DNA from: an uncultured Peptococcaceae bacterium
Lineage (GTDB): Bacteria; Bacillota; Dehalobacteriia; UBA4068; UBA4997
Reading direction: 5' to 3'
DNA length: 60,257 nt
Assembly (NCBI GenBank): GCA_947647555.1
Contig: CANSKT010000004.1
Location: 1-60,257, forward strand
A model generated the notes under the pieces. That model saw only the letters and a program-made list of their open reading frames with translations. It was not told where the DNA came from and did no database searches. Every line of letters starts with the position of its first letter. Positions within the stretch are counted from its first letter, which is position 1. The position numbers were made by a program, and so were the translations under genes. This document shows, piece by piece, positions 57,860 to 60,257 of the stretch.

Positions 57860-60145
57860 ATGAAGCCTAACAGATTTGCATTAACCAAAGCGCATTTGCA
57901 GGTGCGTCTTAGCCGTTTTGGTTATCTTTGGCTAGTGCTTTTAATTATTCTGACCTTTTTGCTTTTGGCCTCTGATTTCCTGAGCGACCGCGTTTCTTTG
58001 CAGGAGGGCGATATGGCGCCGGATAATGTGTATTATTTCGGCACGGCCAAAAGCTATGTGAGTCAGGCTTATACGGCGCAGGCCCAGAATTTGGCGGCCG
58101 GTGCGGTGGAGCAGATTTATAAATATGATGAAACGGTTCCAACTGATTTACAGCGTCAGATTGATGAGCTTTTTGACAGTCTGCAAAGCACCAAGGCGTT
58201 GGTGCCGGACGTTAGCGGTCAGTTGACGGCTTTGAGCGAGATTTTAACGCCCAAAGAAGCTGATGCGGAGCCGCCGGCGCAGGCTCTTTTGGAGTATTTT
58301 GTGCAGCTGGACGAGGCTGGTGAATGGCTGCTGCGCAACAGTCTGAAAAATGCCGTGGCTGCTGCTTATAGCCGGGGCGAGTTTGGCGAGGAGGCTTTGC
58401 CGGAGGTTATTGAACAGTGTGCCGCTAATATTCGGGCGGCCGCGGTTAGTTCTGACGCTGAGAATTTTATGCTGCAAGCCCAGAAAATGCTTACCTTTAA
58501 GCCGACCCACGTTTTTGACCAGGTGGCTACAATGGACGCTATTACGCAGGCTATCAGCAATGTACAGCCTATTTCTCGCACGGTTTATCCCGGCCAGCTG
58601 ATTGTAAAGCGCGGTCAGGAGGTTACGGCTGCCGATGTTGAAGCCCTGAGCGCCGTTGGTTTGCAGCAGCCGGTCAGCGATTTACAGGCTTATTTTGGCT
58701 TGCTGTTGCTGGTAATTATCTGTTATCTGCTGCTTTGGCTTTATTGCACCAAAATGAGCGGCGATAATGAAATAAGCATGCAGAAGCTTAGTCTTATATC
58801 CATACTGTTTATTGGTATTTTGTTGATGGCCAGAGTTATTACATTGGTGAAGTTTGAGTCCGATTTGGCTACCGACTGGATGCTGGGGCTGGCGGTGCCG
58901 GTGCCGGCTTTCGCCATGCTGGTGACGGCGCTGGTTAACCGGCGGACGGCTATTTTTGCAACTTTGATTGTCAGCATTTTTGTCGGCATTATGTGCGGCG
59001 CTAATATGCTGTATATCTTTGCGGCGCTGGTGGGCGGACTGATTGGCGTATGGCAGGTGGGCAATATGAACTCTCGCAGTCATTACGCGGTGGCCGTGGC
59101 CTATATCTGCGCTTCCTATATGCTGGTAACGCTGGCCTGGTGCTTTATGTGGAATTATGGCGCGCGTTCTATCGGTATCGGTTTTTTGATGTCGTTTATT
59201 AACGGTCTGATTTCGGTGATTTTGACGGTGGGGGCGCTGCCGCTTTTGGAAACAGTTTTTTCTATCACCACTGAAATTCGTTTGATGGAACTTTCCAATC
59301 TTAATCACCCCTTGCTGAAAAAATTGATGATTGAAGCGCCGGGTACTTATAACCACAGCATTTTGGTGGGCAATTTAGCGGAGGCCGCGGCTGACCAGAT
59401 TGGCGCTAATGGTTTGCTGGTGCGCGTGGCTTCTTATTTTCATGATATCGGTAAAACCAAACGCCCCAATTTTTATGTGGAGAACCAGAAGCCGGGTGAA
59501 AATCCGCATGATAAGCTGCAACCCAGTTTGAGCACCTTTATCATTACCTCGCATACCAAAGAGGGCGCGGATATGGCGCGCAAATATAAGCTGCCGGTGG
59601 AAATTATTGATATTATTGAGCAGCATCATGGCACCGGCGTTTTGAAAGGTTTTTATAATAAGGCGCTGGAGCAGGCCAAAACCAATGAAGCAGCCTTGGG
59701 GCCGGTGCGTGAGGACGATTTCCGCTATCCGGGGCCAATTCCGCAAACCAGGGAGGCGGCTTTGGTGATGCTTGCTGATAGCTGTCAGGCGGCGGTGCAG
59801 TCAATGAATGCGCCCACGCCGGGACAGATTGAGGGTATGGTGCGCGATATTGTTAAGGGCAAGCATAATGAGGGGCAGTTGAATAACTGTGATTTGACTT
59901 TCCGCGATTTGGACATAATCTCTTCAACCTTTGCGACAATTTTGGCCGGCGCTAAACATTATCGTTTGCCTTATCCGGAACAGTTGGCTAAAGAGTTGGA
60001 GAAGATGCGCAAACAGGCTGAAAAAGCGGAAAAACCCGAAGAAAAATCAGAAAAACCGGAAAAACCAGAGAAAACCGAAGATAAAGAAAACAATAATAAA
60101 GAGAATAAAGAAAAATCGGAGAGTAAGGAACGGGATAAGGAATGA
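57860..60145 (+). CDS. pgpH: 7TM-receptor/HD-domain phosphohydrolase (PgpH/YqfF type)
   Basis: Large extracytoplasmic N-domain, 7 TM helices, and HD/HDIG motifs (HSILVGNLAE, YFHDIGK, HHG). It has a K/E-rich C-terminal tail. Confidence 0.85.
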   Translation: MKPNRFALTKAHLQVRLSRFGYLWLVLLIILTFLLLASDFLSDRVSLQEGDMAPDNVYYFGTAKSYVSQAYTAQAQNLAAGAVEQIYKYDETVPTDLQRQIDELFDSLQSTKALVPDVSGQLTALSEILTPKEADAEPPAQALLEYFVQLDEAGEWLLRNSLKNAVAAAYSRGEFGEEALPEVIEQCAANIRAAAVSSDAENFMLQAQKMLTFKPTHVFDQVATMDAITQAISNVQPISRTVYPGQLIVKRGQEVTAADVEALSAVGLQQPVSDLQAYFGLLLLVIICYLLLWLYCTKMSGDNEISMQKLSLISILFIGILLMARVITLVKFESDLATDWMLGLAVPVPAFAMLVTALVNRRTAIFATLIVSIFVGIMCGANMLYIFAALVGGLIGVWQVGNMNSRSHYAVAVAYICASYMLVTLAWCFMWNYGARSIGIGFLMSFINGLISVILTVGALPLLETVFSITTEIRLMELSNLNHPLLKKLMIEAPGTYNHSILVGNLAEAAADQIGANGLLVRVASYFHDIGKTKRPNFYVENQKPGENPHDKLQPSLSTFIITSHTKEGADMARKYKLPVEIIDIIEQHHGTGVLKGFYNKALEQAKTNEAALGPVREDDFRYPGPIPQTREAALVMLADSCQAAVQSMNAPTPGQIEGMVRDIVKGKHNEGQLNNCDLTFRDLDIISSTFATILAGAKHYRLPYPEQLAKELEKMRKQAEKAEKPEEKSEKPEKPEKTEDKENNNKENKEKSESKERDKE

Positions 60146-60257
60146 AGCTTTTATTGAGTGTGGAATTGCCGGCGCAAACGGACTGGCAGCTTCCGGCTGA
60201 CTGGGCGGCGGCGCTGCTGGCGGCGTTGCGTCAGACGCTGGCTTTGGAATATCCGGC
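60142..60257 (+). CDS. ybeY: Probable rRNA maturation RNase YbeY (5' partial; runs off the window)
   Basis: The ATG overlaps the pgpH stop (ATGA). The call rests mainly on the conserved phoH-pgpH-ybeY order; only 38 codons are visible. Confidence 0.5.
   Translation, partial: MKLLLSVELPAQTDWQLPADWAAALLAALRQTLALEYP

Overview
This is a Firmicutes (Clostridia-like) chromosomal segment. The taxon call rests on SLH-anchored surface proteins, Listeria-Bacteroides repeat modules, lipoprotein signals and phoH-pgpH-ybeY synteny. The core DNA looks about 50% GC by eye and is interrupted by two visibly AT-rich accessory islands. Island 1 (1 to ~10.1 kb, left end outside the window) is a defence island. 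It carries a hairpin-rich non-coding region and a minus-strand operon: a frameshifted PD-ExK nuclease / N6-adenine MTase / HsdS-TRD fusion followed 14 nt later by a 940-aa PHP-domain SMC-like ABC ATPase (Ppl/TrlF-like architecture). It also carries a YoeB/RelB-type TA pair, a small SD-led ORF and a large serine recombinase, and it ends at a tRNA-Ala(GGC)-like gene with a ~55-nt insertion in its D-loop. The core encodes an SLH surface protein split by one in-frame TAA, two exported flavodoxin paralogues, and a small detox-type cluster (TetR, CMD-cupin, hydrolase, LysR, DUF3737). It continues with a complete pstSCAB-phoU-RR-HK phosphate regulon with a recognisable Pho box, three unknown small genes and an M13 peptidase. 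An AgrC/LytTR-type two-component system follows, then an unusual hairpin-rich leader and a 2422-aa SLH-anchored giant protein. Island 2 (~43.4-48.1 kb) is a decayed AT-rich region: XRE, an ECF sigma with an in-frame TAA, a DUF4367 anti-sigma, an orphan FtsX permease, and HlyD and GT8 remnants. The right part holds a radical SAM plus TetR pair, a secreted polysaccharide deacetylase, an ABC importer with two tandem ~85%-identical binding proteins, a Uma2 gene with an in-frame TAA, and phoH-pgpH-ybeY. The best candidate for an undescribed system is the MTase-TRD / PHP-ATPase operon and its neighbouring structured RNA-like region. A second theme is the unusual density of point-inactivated genes.
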